A DNA stretch of 59,721 bases, the filler included, from Sphacelaria rigidula (lineage: Eukaryota), in the NCBI GenBank assembly GCA_964200075.2. It is 10 parts of 10 records of this genome, joined end to end, with 100 filler letters (N's around TTAATTAATTAA, not from the genome) between each part and the next. Parts side by side here need not be neighbours in the genome. Positions count along the whole stretch, not along the records: positions 1 to 5,883 come from CAXNAA020023748.1; positions 5,984 to 11,865 come from CAXNAA020023749.1; positions 11,966 to 17,847 come from CAXNAA020023750.1; 7 more parts are not named here. One strand, 5' to 3'. The notes beneath the pieces were generated by a model, which saw nothing but the letters and a program-made list of their open reading frames with translations, did no database searches and had not been told where the DNA came from. Below are positions 1 to 12,006 of the stretch, piece by piece. How positions within the stretch are numbered: position 1 is the first letter of the stretch; the number at the start of each line of letters is the position of its first letter. The position numbers and the translations under genes are program-made.

Positions 1-763
1 TGAGCTTTCGACCCCAACTTGGCTCTGAGCCCCTTCGATTTCCCCCAGCTGATTGACGCTGTCTTGAACACCCCCCCCCCCCCCCCCCCCCTCAGCATAT
101 GTGCTGCTCGTGTGCTTACACAGTCAGAGCTTTGCTGTGCCAGGAAATGAAGTTTTGTTCTTCTCAGATCCGCGATGATATAAGGCTTTCTCAGACCTGT
201 GAAGCAGGGCAAAAGGGGGGAAATGCTGTTCCTCATTTGCTGTTTCTCATCCAATTCTGTGACCTGCCAGAGTCGCAGTTTCCTACTCGATTAGGGACCA
301 TCCGAGACACGAGTTTTCGTCGGGCGAAATCTCAAATCTCGTCATACGGATGAGAGTTGCCCCGATTTCTGAGGCCCGTTCATCGCACTTCGCCCCAAAA
401 GGTTTAGCCTGTATTCCTTGCTTGAGCTTGTTTTCAACGAATAAGGTTTCGACTCTTGAGCATATGCCGGTTTTCACTTATCGCACGAAAATCCCACCTA
501 GCCGAAAACCATGAAGCGGCAGATTAACAAAGGAGTTTTCCCGCTCTGTTCACACTGGTAAGTGCCTTCCGCGCCAAATGGAAAACATCGATTCCCTGCC
601 GTTTGCGTTGCACTAGGCACGAGTACATCGAGTGCATCGCTGGAGTTGAATGCGTTTTTTGCCACGTCATGGTGTAGCTGCACCCTCAGAGGCCATTTCG
701 CGACTGCGTGTTCGAAGGAAAATGACTCAAATATCGACAAAAATAAAGAACGTGAAGCCCCAC

Positions 764-1290
764 CTGAATCCTCTCTTCTTCATCCAAAGACGCCTCCTTT
801 GCCGCAAGCTGTGCCTCCTTATCCCACTCCATCCACTCCTCGTCACCATCTCCCACAAAGAACCCACGGTCCTTCTCCATACGATTCTCGTCCTCGTCCT
901 TATTGCTCTTGCTCTCCTCCGTCCCCGCCCCAGCCCCGCAGGAACTATGTGCCGTATCATGAGAATACCGACAGTTCTCCCCATACCGACAACACCCACG
1001 AGCAAAATACGAGCACGGGCGTGTGGTCCTCTTAGAGCCGGAGCGGGCGTCGGCGGCAGCGGCGGCGCGTGGAGAAGTCAGAGCAGATTGCACAGCGGCC
1101 TTCACCATTTCTAAGGATTTCGCCGCCCTGTTCGCGGCCCGTGATGCCTTGACTGATTCAGCCTTGACTTCAGCCAGCAACGCATGTGCTGCTGCCGCCG
1201 CCTGGGTCGTGCCCTCCATGTCCTCGCTGGTCTTGTGGTTGGTCGCGCTGCTACTGCTGCTACTGCTACTGCTTGCACCGGCTGACGAAC
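764..1290 (-). CDS. Internal exon of a CCCH zinc-finger protein gene
   Basis: Pyrimidine-rich acceptor ...acacag|GTTCG (phase 1) and donor CAG|gtgggg (phase 0). The open frame encodes CSYFARGCCRYGENCRYSH (C-x7-C-x5-C-x3-H), a Ser run and an acidic tail. Confidence 0.7.
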
Positions 1291-1386
1291 CTGTGTGCAT
1301 GATACGGCGGGGAAAGGGTTGGCGGTGAGAAGAGGTGTTCAGGTTTTCGGGGAGGCGTCCTTCTGATGCGTATTTGGTTACTGCAA

Positions 1387-1870
1387 CCAGTGTAGCCCGC
1401 TGACGCGAAAGAGCGGGGGCCCTATATCATTTACCCCCAAAGTGCTGAAAATACCGCACTATATATGAAAAAGTGATTCCTTGACAAACATTCGTGGGAA
1501 TTTGTCCCTCCTACGTGATGGTCCCCTCATCAACCCCCTTTCATGAACCCTTTGGAGGTTTTATTGGGATAAACATTTACGCCGGGTAGCGGTTGGAACC
1601 TCACCTTTTTCTTCACATATCTTTTACGTGTGTCGGGTCACCAAACCAACAATCACCGCAGGAATTTTTCCGTGCGTTTCGAATACTGCTTTAGAGGGTA
1701 TCCACACTTTGTTTCCTCCGCCATTATGGTGGGGTCCGGGATTTGAACCCGGGACCTCCTGTTCGTGAAGCGTACCAGCTATCTCATGGTGTCGCCAATG
1801 TGAAAAGGTGATTCCTTGACAGACACTTGTGGGGATTCGTGCTTCCATGTCGTGGTCCCCACATACGGGA
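1387..1870 (-). mobile_element. Short non-autonomous Helitron-like element in an intron
   Basis: On the minus strand it starts A|TC (1870) and ends with hairpin CCCGCT-10nt-AGCGGG, then CTACA-CTGG|T (1387); no TSD. Internal ~65-bp direct repeat (about 1466-1530 and 1801-1865) and a tRNA-like T-arm at 1727-1760. Confidence 0.55.
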
Positions 1871-2211
1871 TACATATATTTTCCCTTTCGCCGTCTTTTT
1901 TAGCCCCTCGCTTTTCCCAAGACGAGTCCAGCGTCTTGAGCGATCAAGATATTTGAAGAAAAACAAAGACGTGAAGGACTGCATTCTCCGGCTGTATAAT
2001 CCCTTCCTCCGCTCTAAATGGTTCAAGATGTACTACTTCCACCACCAGGACGCAGTTTCATAACGGCAATACAAGAAAGTAGGGCATAGGTTTGGATGCA
2101 ACAGCCCCATTTGTTTTTCGAAAACACTCGACATCGAGAAAACCAATCAGGGTGCCACACTACACCTATCATGCACGACACAACTCCTCGTCACCTCAAG
2201 CAACATCTTAC

Positions 2212-2554
2212 CACCGGTGAGCGCATCTCGCCACGACACTGTCGGTCTACTGGTAGGGGGTGATAGTCCGGCCCCCGCCTCCGCGTGTCTGACGTCCAAC
2301 ATCCCGTTCATCCACCCGCCGCTTCCCGAATGCCCACTGCTAGCGGTGGTCTTTGCATTGTTTGACGATAAGGCATTGAGCAGGCCACCACTGGTAAAGA
2401 GCGGGCTGGAGGCCGATGACCCCGCGCTTGCGCTAGCGACCCGAGGAGACTTGGAGCGTTTAGTGGGGCGGTCGGTAGATTCGTGGGTGTTGGTGCGTGC
2501 TTTGTGGTGGTTCCGCTCACCGGCGCCGGGTGTAGCGGGGTGGCGGCTGTGCAT
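2212..2554 (-). CDS. Upstream exon of the CCCH zinc-finger gene (5' boundary uncertain)
   Basis: Ser/Gly-rich ORF ending ...WRDALTG G|gtaaga; the phase-1 donor matches the phase-1 acceptor at 1290. The start is either ATG 2554 or an acceptor just inside it. Confidence 0.5.
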
Positions 2555-4309
2555 AAATGGGCATTTTTGGCCTTTGGTGCATTTGCCTATTTTGGGGTGT
2601 TGTTCGGTTTAACATTTCCGATCAACAGCACATGATACGTGTTGGTGTCGAGAGGCGGGGGAAGGAGAACAGCAGGCGATGCGAGGGCGCGCGCATGCGC
2701 GCGTGAGTGCACATCTATATATGCGTTTGAAGGCGGGGGAAGTATATGATTAGCTGAGGCGTATATTGGTCAAAACGATATCCGAATGTCGCGATGTGCA
2801 AAAGTGTGCCCTCACACGCGAACCAGACGAATGTGCGGAGGGAGGGAGTGGTTATACAGACGTACACGTGACTGACTGCGGTGGCCACCACGGTGTACTA
2901 CCTTGATGCAGCAACCGTGCCCCACGTGTTAGAATGATTGTGCATCTGGAAGAAGGCGGTGTTCTCGAGGAAGCTCTTCACGCGTACGAAGTGAGCATGA
3001 ATGAGCGCCAAAAGCGATCAACATAAGATGTCCTTCATCCCGGCCAAGCACGAAGGATAACCCAGAGGCCGGACGCAAAAAACACGGGAATATCCACGCA
3101 CCCCCACCCCCAACCTTTCCGATTCCTCATAATACGTTTCGATGTGACAACATGCACAGCAGGTACGTGGGCACAGCAGGAACTGAAAATTTGAGCATCA
3201 TGTACCCACACGTTCGACGCCTCAGAAGACTCATCAAAGTCCAACAGGATGGCATGCATCGCACGTGCACGGCAGAGCAGGGAACGGCAATTTGAGCCTC
3301 ATGTAAGCATCATGTACCCTCAAGTGCGCACGACCCTCAATGGTCACGCAACGCACTGACCTTTAGCGAAGAACTTGCACTCCTCGACAGTTGAGGCGGC
3401 GGGCGTCATCGCTGCCGTTGACCCCACGGTGCTTCCCTCTCGATCGTGCATCGGTCGATTGTCCGAATTTCCGTGGGTGAAGCGACACTGGTCACCGCTT
3501 TTGCACCATCCCTGTCAAGCAACGACAACGATACAGCGGAGGTCAACAGCACAGAACATGTTTGGCAAATGTATTCATATATGAGTGACGATAGGGCGCT
3601 CTCATGGGAAAATCTGAACTTGACAAGAAACATGCCCACACACCTCACCCACGATATGTCGGGAAAAGTGGCAGCGGTCCGGACTGTTGTGGAATTTGTC
3701 TGATGAGGAAGTCAAGCTCTCCGTCCATGGTAGTCACGCCCCGTATAGCATTATTTCATCATGTTGCCATACCTGGGGGCGCAACCCGTTGGGTTCCGTG
3801 TGGGTCTCTGCAACTGTTGCAAAACAAAAGAAGGTGAGAGATCATTATCGACCTCTAGTGTTAGTATTCCGTGAGGTAGCGGCCAGCTAGACATATCGAT
3901 GAGGTTTGATTTGTATGCGGAGAATTTCACCGGGCCATGAAAAATATGCGGCGGGTATGTTCTAGATCCTGTGATGTTCCGCCGTGCGGTGCCGAGGAGG
4001 GCACGTTTTGAGGGGGCCTACTGCGGAGCCCCTGTTGCCCGCGGCACTATTTGGTCCACAGGCACACCCGAAAGTTCGAGAAAGTCGACTCTCGTGCTTT
4101 ACCTTGACTGTGGTCGACTTCCCCTTCCGTCAGGATTGGATTTCGATCGCTTCCAGACATGCACAAGCGGAGTCCGTACCTTTGTATCGCCACAACCCGT
4201 TTGTGGCTGAAAAGGACGTGGGTCGACCCACTTTTGTCTTCTGCCCTGAAACATTCTAGGGCCCCCAGTAGCACGTCTCAAAACCCTGGGGATGTATGCG
4301 ACTATTGTA

Positions 4310-4892
4310 CGAGCTGGGCCAGCAGTAAATCCCGCATTTGCATGTCACACCATAACTCATCAAGTTTACCGAATCAGCCCGACTTGAGTATATTGGTGTG
4401 ACCCGCAGACCAACCTGGTTGAGCACCTTACCGCTGCTGAATGAAGAAAAAATTATCGAAAAATGTACTGCATGATGTATGATCTTACCGACGGAGCAAA
4501 AATAAATAAACCCGTCGCGATTCGAACTCATGACCTCCATAAATGGAGTCTCCTGTTTTACTTGGATTAAAGCGGGCGCAGCGGTGTCACACAAAAAGTG
4601 CCCTGCTGCGCCCGAATTGATCATTTTTTGGCCAAAATTGCACCAGGATCTCCCGCACGCAAGTACGCACAACAACACGAGGGATACCGACGTTTCTCTT
4701 TTTTTTTTTCTCACGGAGTTACAAGATCAAATCGCTTCAAGTTTTTTTTTTTCTTCTCTTCCTTGCATCCCCCGGAAGGTTGTGCGTTTTGATAATAAAA
4801 TTGTCGGGTAAAAATTTCAGCGCTCAACGTATCGAAGTATCCACAGCCGAGCTCGGAAACGTTCAAGAATCACTGTCAGCTGCCCCAGCTCG
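4310..4892 (+). mobile_element. MITE family M1 (TA TSD, Tc1/mariner type), full copy
   Basis: TA|CGAGCTGGGCCAGC...GCTGCCCCAGCTCG|TA; homologous copies at 36037-36623 (inverted), 39770-40190 and about 12440-12660. Confidence 0.8.
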
Positions 4893-5883
4893 TACATATT
4901 TGTTGCTGTCTTTTTGCTCCCGTACCTCCAAGGTGCTCTACAAGATGTTTTTGCTCAGGTTTAGTTCATTATATCGCGTACGCCAGTGTTGCAACCACGG
5001 CTGCAGTCGTACCAGATCAGTGGACATGAGACCAGAAGTTGACCCCGTCAATGTGGCTGTTTTCGTCATTGCGCTGCTTTCTCGGTGTGTGGCCATGAAC
5101 ACGCTCTCTGAGGAACTTCGCGAGGTAGACCAGCGCTTTGACGAAGCTGAACTACATATCGCTGGGGCACCAGATAGAGATGCTCCTCTTGTATCATGCC
5201 ACGGATACCTTTCATGATCAGCCGCCGCATTCCCAATATGGCCTCCAAAATTGAGAGCAGGTTCGTAGGTGCAGTTTCCCCCCCTTCATAAGCCCGTATG
5301 TTTTCCGTTCGATGTTTGTGGGTCTGGCAACTTTTCTCCTCGGGTGGATATACGCTGTCGAATTCCGTTCAGAGTTTAGTTGAACCCGTAGACAGCGACC
5401 CCCGCGCAGGTGGACTGAGATGGGCTCTGTCACATTTGGAGTTCACAACGGCTCTTTTCTCGCTGCACACAACGCCCTTTCTCATCATCACGTGGATGCT
5501 GGGGATCTAAAAAGAAAATAGTTCCGGAGAACCCCTGACCGTGCAGTCTATAGAGTACAAAATCAAGCTGTGTGTGGTATGTCTCCGCTGGGTACAACGG
5601 CAAGGAACGGTCAGCGTGCCATCGCTCTCCACTCAACACACTATACTGCATGTTGCTGATGCCTCTGCCTAGTGTTCAACAACAACACTGCTCGAGGGCT
5701 GTGCCGCCTGTCTGACGCCTCATGTGTTGCCAGCATATGAAACTGTTGCCGGCATGCCTCGTGCGTACGAAGGATCGGTAACGTGGCAGGAATCATACAC
5801 AAGCTCAGAGCATACGCCCGTAGAAGACGGGTACGCACTGCCGTTATTCCAGCAGAATGCGTGACTGCGCTCACCCCCCCCCC

Positions 5884-5983
5884 NNNNNNNNNNNNNNNNN
5901 NNNNNNNNNNNNNNNNNNNNNNNNNNNTTAATTAATTAANNNNNNNNNNNNNNNNNNNNNNNNNNNNNNNNNNNNNNNNNNNN
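5884..5983. other. Artificial contig spacer (N-TTAATTAATTAA-N, 100 bp), first of nine
   Basis: Identical spacers at 5884, 11866, 17848, 23830, 29812, 35794, 41776, 47758 and 53740, exactly 5982 bp apart; the 12-mer puts stops in all six frames. Confidence 0.97.
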
Positions 5984-6127
5984 GATTTCGGGGTGAAAAA
6001 AGGACGTTTTTTGTCCCCAAAATCGTGCTTTCGCACATACCCTTTGGGGAGACGAAAGTCTAGAAAATCCTCGAAATAGTTTCAAGGGATGGGGTGGTCC
6101 ATATGAAAGTCATTTGTCATGAATTTA

Positions 6128-9100
6128 GGCCAGGGAAAGCACGACTTTTGAGCTGAAACTCATTTTGTTTTCAACCCCATTTTTGAAAATCGGCTGTTAA
6201 AAGGTGAATATTCAGATAAATTAATACGTATTCAACTCTTCACAATTACGATTGAGATCGTTTTCCCCTCCTATACTGTACAGACCTCAGTCTAGCATTT
6301 TCTGCGGATGGCCTCTTTTCGGGTTTTTTACACCGAATTTTCCATGAGCACTCGAAAGTGCTAGCGTCGACAGTGTTGGCAAAAAACGCAGACCGTGCTC
6401 ATATCACAATGCCCAAGTTGGTATTGTGAGGGCGATACGGAGTAAAGACCCCGTTTTTCAGAAGGGTGTTATTGACCGTGAATGGTCCAAGAAACATAGG
6501 TGTCCGGCTTGAGCGCAGTGAATAGGTGTAATTTCAAAAAAATAATCTTTTTGAGTCTTCAGTTATATGATCGGGATCGAGTCGGTCCACCGAAAATACC
6601 GAAAAGGAAGAACCTGGGGTCGAACTTTTGCAGGACCCTCGAAGATCGGTCAAGCCCGTAAGTCACTCAATATTGATCGCAGGTACTTTTCTTTCAATAG
6701 TTGTCAAGAGGATTTAAATATCTCCATATATCCATTTTTTGGCATCCAGCAGTCCCTGTGATGAGCGGTGGCAAGCGAAACAAATTGGGGAAATCTTTGA
6801 GAAACTAAGAAATTCAAAATTCTGCACACTTCTGACGCTGACAACTGTAGTGTGCATGTACTGCACCATGTTCAGAACGCCCTCACCATGAAATTGGCAG
6901 TTGGGGTTTGGCATTCGGCGTTTCCACAGCAAGCGTCCTACCATAAATAAGTCACGCTTCTTGTTTATTTCTTAATTTTCCTCGTTCGACTGAACAACCG
7001 TCGACCTACTCGCTATGGTCGATAAATGGAAAACTGCAGAACAACCAGGTACCAACGAAGTTTGTGGTACCTGTATTACTGTAGAGTGCAGACTTCAATC
7101 GTATAGTCTAATTATATACAGTGTTTCTTTGTTATAAGCTCACCATTATAATAACAGTTATAAAAGTACCCGGTCACGACGAAACCCCAGACAAACTGAA
7201 CAACTGGCGCTCTCGTAGCCATTTCCGGTTCACGTCCAGTTACAGTGGAAATATATAGTATTTACTGGTCCAGTTCCCAGTTCAATTAATGCATTTGTTC
7301 GGTGTACTTTCCCGTAGGAGGTGACACCATCCAAATTCAGCCCACGATTCAACACACAAGGAGGACAGTTCGCTAGAAGAGGACCTCCCATATTTTCTGT
7401 GTTTACGCAATACAACTCACTTCTACATGCTGTACTTGCTTGTTCGCCTTGGTCCTATACTCGAAATCTGATTATTGAAAATGCCACACTTCTTGACATG
7501 CCCGTGGTTTTACCACGGTAAGGTCATCAAGGACTAACCCTAAAATTTCAGCTTTCGACTCTTAGACCGGCCGTGCAATGGTGGTCAACCGCCCAAAAAT
7601 GCTTCGGACTAGCTCAGCTTGTAATGTGATTACCGAAAGCAAACTATTATCCAACTTCTTGCTTTTTCCAACCACTTGACATTATCGCTTTCAACACCCG
7701 TTGGTCACGCATTTACTCACAGTTCAACTATGTTTGGTTCCGTACTTTCCTCGCTGCACTTTCCGCAACCGTCCCTTCGTCCCCCCCCTGATTCGTTCAA
7801 CGTCAACACGTGCTCCGTGTGCACCAACCATGTCTCTGTATCCCAGGGAACGAATCCAGTGCCGAAGGGCGCCAAGAAACAGGCCTCCTTTGTCTGCCTT
7901 GCGTGTGGCGTGGACATCGGTGTCCGCACTCCGTACCACCGCATGATCGAACCCACCGGCGGTAAAGACAGGGTAAACGCTCACACCGACGATCGCAACG
8001 GCGCTGAGACTCTGGTCAGAGCGGACGAGAACAATTCCCACCCTTGCAATACCAATGCAGAGCCCCCCCCACCTCAAAACGCCTCTTTCACTTGTCAGCG
8101 GGGGATAATGAAGATTTTATAGGGTGTCGAGACTGCTTCTTCGACACCCGTCCTGAGCTCTCGTCTGTTTTTCAACGACACTTGTTCCAAGAAAAAGAGG
8201 CGTTTGCCTCGAGAAACGACTACTCCACTCCTCAGAAAGTACCGCGGAATACTGCCTGTTCTCCCCCCCTTGGCGAAGAGAACCCCGTGACGGCACCAAG
8301 CAAAGACGACCCTCAACCCCACAAGAAAAAAAGACCCAACTCGACAGGGTACCCCGCCTACGGCCACCAGGAGCGGAGCTGGAGACTGAACCACCGCCTA
8401 CGGTAAGCACCACCACCACACATTTATGTTCGCCGTTTGACCCCTTTTCTACCATGTATAGTCCCATTTGTATTCCGCCCTCTCCCACCTTCATCAATTA
8501 ATTCTTGCTTTTATCGGTGGCAACATTTATTTTGTATGCTTTCGAGATGCCTTAGTGCAATCGCTAGCCTCCACGCTTGTTCACGTTTCGTCGTTCCTTT
8601 ACTCTGCCCATAAGCTATATCTTCAGGCCGCAAAACGGCGTAGAAAAACCAAAACAAATTTCACAGGACTTTCATGTTTTCCTGTAAGGCCGCTTCTTAA
8701 ATCAGACAAAACAAAGATCCGAGGAAGTGCCTTTTCAGAGCGTCGACGTCGTGTTACCCCCTCAAAGAGGGCTGGGCGGATTTTGACATCTCGGAATGCG
8801 TTGCTGAACTCGTTGAGATGGTGCCAGAACACTTGTCCGTTTTCACGATCGCCACTGCCTTTCTCCTGCCCAACCTTGCATTTTTCTCGGCGACCTTCGA
8901 AGTCCACAAAAAAACGCCGGAGTTGTGGGGCACTTGGCCGGTGTCCGAGAAAAAAACAAGAGTGGGCAAGAAAAAAGATGTAGCCACCGGAAAAAGGCAG
9001 AGGTGTGTCAGAACTGTCTCAACGAGTACAGCAACGCATTCCAGGGTGTCAAATTCCGCCTAGCTCTCTCTTGGAGCGCCAAACGATGTGAAAGCTCCAA

Positions 9101-9315
9101 AAAGGCACCCTTCCAGTTTTGTACTTTGTTGTGATGAGCGGACTCAGCAAGCCAATTCTCCTCCCGCGTGCAGCCTTTTTGTTTCAGAACCCCGTATTTG
9201 CCAGGCCAGACCCTACCCCTCACCCCTCGTTATGTTTCAAGATAAGAGCCTGTATCCATTTTTGAGGTTCAGCATTTGAATGAGTTTCAACTCGAAAACA
9301 GTGCTTTCCCTGACC
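6128..9315. mobile_element. About 3.2-kb TIR DNA transposon, non-autonomous or decayed
   Basis: Left TTTA|GGCCAGGGAAAGCACGACTTTTGAGCTGAAACTCATT matches the reverse complement of right AATGAGTTTCAACTCGAAAACAGTGCTTTCCCTGACC|TAAA. Internal inverted repeat about 8715-8860 vs 8985-9125; 6330-6850 resembles 34660-35200. Confidence 0.6.
7723..8402 (+). pseudogene. Two spliceable exons (7723-7961, 8099-8402) of a Cys-rich transposon-type protein
   Basis: cag| at 7722, G|gtaaag at 7962 and gtcag|CG at 8098 are phase-compatible. Joined peptide: CSVC...FVCLACGV...CRDCFF, resembling transposase C-terminal Cys-rich domains. Confidence 0.4.
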
Positions 9316-9434
9316 TAAATGAGAGTGTAAAGCGTCCTGCAGCTGCAGCGGTGCTGTGCTACGTGTGCTTTGTAGACTGAGTAGCCTACCGCGGAGGATC
9401 ACACTCGGGCCACGGCTTGATCTACCAGAGAATA

Positions 9435-9784
9435 TGACTGAAGAAATGAAGATGTTTATTATTGACTGGCTCCCGGAGTCAAGTTTTCGCTCATGGTGAT
9501 GAAGAAGAGAAGTAGTAGAGGAGAGATCAGGTGGGCGAGCACCAAGTGTGCGAGCCTACCGATCAGCTAATGAGCTTCCAGAACTTCCACACGTCTAGAA
9601 CACTCGCGGGATATTACAACCGATAATTCCCGATCAATCCCCCGACAACCCGTTCTGGAAACATAATGTACCGCATAATATACCGCAGACTATTTCTGGA
9701 ACACTCAAATGATTTCATACTTGTTTACGATAACCTAAGATAGATAGTAGTCGTTACCAATGACTGACATTGAATATTCCAACA
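9435..9784 (-). repeat. 3' LTR of the copia element (distal boundary approximate)
   Basis: The minus strand shows polypurine tract TGGGGGAG (9785-9792) directly followed by TGTTGG at 9784; AATAAA near 9455-9460 and a candidate terminal CA at 9435-9440. Confidence 0.6.
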
Positions 9785-10324
9785 CTCCCCCACATACACA
9801 GAATCCAGAATCATCTATATCTACGAAGAACGTTCTGGAAGTGTTTCCAGAAGAATTCAGCATACTTACAGCAAGTTCTACGGAGATACAGCAACCCGTG
9901 TACTAGTCAGATCCTTCTCTTGGTTGCACCTGTACTGCTACTGCTGTTACTGCCCAGACTGAGACTAGTTGCTGCAATCGTCAACAAAGGTAAATCTGTG
10001 TCTGATTGCTTGCGTTCATACATACCATTTCCCTGACACGACCCCTCGGTCAGACAACTAGTTTAAGATAATCGAGGGAGCATTGCAAAGCTTGCCAACT
10101 GCCTCGACCTCTTGGCTAGTATTGTATCAAAAGTATTCTACCACACACGACCAATCCCTGATCATGAAAAAAAAGTACACCAGGTGTAACGACTCGTCCA
10201 GTCATCATCCTCCTCGACCCCTTAGTTGGCTACGTATCAAAACTAGATAAACAAAAAAAAACACTTATCCAGTGCAGAACGTTTGCGCCTATCCAAGTCT
10301 ACATGACTGTTTCACGTCCTTTAT

Positions 10325-11865
10325 TCAACAACTGAAGTCCTTGATCTGTTTCACAACTGAAGCCAAACGGTGCTTCGGTAGATGCTTTGTTGCCAAGTCA
10401 GCGAGCTGTTTCTCGCTGGGCTGGTGGTGGAGCCTGATCTGGTTCCGCTTGATGAGCTCCCTCACGAAGAAGTAGCGGAGTGCCATGTGCTTGGTACAAG
10501 AGCTGAACATAGCATTCCCTGCCACAGTCAAAGCTCCGGTGCTGTCGCTGTTGGTAGGCACCGATCCGAAGGGCTTGAATCCAAGTTCCCTCATGAGGTT
10601 CGAGAGATACACCGCTTCGCTGGCACCAAAGCTAAGCGCTTGAAGCTCAGCTTCGACTGTGCTCTGCGCGGTGAGAGACTAAGTCTTGGACCCGAAGCTG
10701 ATTAGTCCCCCTTCCAGAAAGAAGAGGTATCCTGTAGTGGATTTCCCGTTGTCTGGGTTTGCTTCAAAGGATGAGTCGGTGAATGCCGTGAGTCGGAATT
10801 GTTTCTGCTTGTAGACGATGGGAAGATCCGGGGCGCCGCGAAGGTATCGTAGCACATGCTTGACTGCAGTCAGGTGCACCTGTGCTGTGTTGTTGCATGC
10901 TCTCGTCAGTTGGTGAGCTGCATAACACAGGTCGTATCTTGTGCATTGAGCAAGGTAGAGCAGGCTCCCCGTGATGGACTGGTACAATTTCTTGTCTGCG
11001 GCTCCAAGAAGCTGATCTTGAGATTGATCCGTGAAGAGCTCTCCTCCGTATCCTAGCGTGCTAACCGGATTGGCCTCTTGCATTCCAAATCGTTCCAGAA
11101 TCGTGGCGACGTAGTGCTCTTGCGAGATAGTCATCGTCTCGCGTTCGTAGTCCCTCTGGACCTCGATGCCGAGAATGCGCTTGACTTCTCCCATGTCGGT
11201 CATCTCGAACCGATCCGTGAGTTCCTTCTCCTTCTTCTTGACCAAGTCCTGATCCTTTCCAGTGATGATGTCGTCGACGTGTACGGTGAGGATTACCAGA
11301 GTGTCGCCGCTTCCGTAGACATACATACACAGGGGTCTGACTGCGTACGTTTCCATTCGAACACGACGAGTGCTTCGTCCAGAGTGTCGTTCCACAAAGA
11401 CGGGGACTATGACAATCCGTAGAGGCTGCGCTCTAGCTTGTAAACTACTGGCTCGCCCGTCACGGGGTCCTTGAGCGTGTCGCCTGGGGCGGGTTTGACG
11501 TACACGTCTCTGTCGCAGTGAGCGTTCAGGAATGCCACCACCACGTCCATTTGATAAACTGACCATCCTTTGTCGCAGGCTATGGCCAGCACCATACGAA
11601 TGCTCCCAAGACGACATACCGGCGCGTGATTCCTCCCGTAGTCATGTCCTGCTCTTGTAGGTGTCCACCGACGACCAAGCGTGCTTTGAAGCGACTATCC
11701 ACCTTTTGCTTGAAGACGAACTTTGTGGGAAGGATCTTTTCTCCCTTGGGCACGCTACTAAGTGGAACGCGGTTGTAGACGTGGTGTTTCTGTAGGTTGT
11801 CCATTTCTTTCCCGCATGCGCCTTTCCATTCCTTGTGTTGAGGGGAATCCATGGCTTTGGCGTAG
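10325..11865 (-). mobile_element. Ty1/copia LTR retrotransposon pol (RT-RNase H), frameshifted, cut by the contig end
   Basis: Motifs in order: FKARLVVGG, QMDVVVAFLN, LERSLYGL, HVDDII, YQSITGSLLYL, FTDSSF...KSTTGY, STVEAE, TKHMALRYFFVRE, QLADLATK. They are split over several frames with a stop at 10679-10681. Confidence 0.95.
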
Positions 11866-11965
11866 NNNNNNNNNNNNNNNNNNNNNNNNNNNNNNNNNNN
11901 NNNNNNNNNTTAATTAATTAANNNNNNNNNNNNNNNNNNNNNNNNNNNNNNNNNNNNNNNNNNNN

Positions 11966-12006
11966 GAGGCCAATGGTCTGATGACCATGGCATGCATGAT
12001 CATGAG
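11966..12006 (+). mobile_element. Family B short retroelement 3' end followed by a C-tract
   Basis: GAGGCCAATGGTCTGATGACCATGGCATGCATGATCATGAG then C-run; matches copies at 27176, 28450, 29566, 29780 and 47706. Confidence 0.7.

Noticed and set aside
1727..1800. Complete tRNA gene
   Set aside because: Only the variable loop and T-arm are convincing; no D-arm, anticodon stem or pairing acceptor 5' strand.
5928..5939. Regularly spaced TTAATTAATTAA as a biological motif
   Set aside because: Always embedded in N-runs at fixed spacing; it is an assembly linker.
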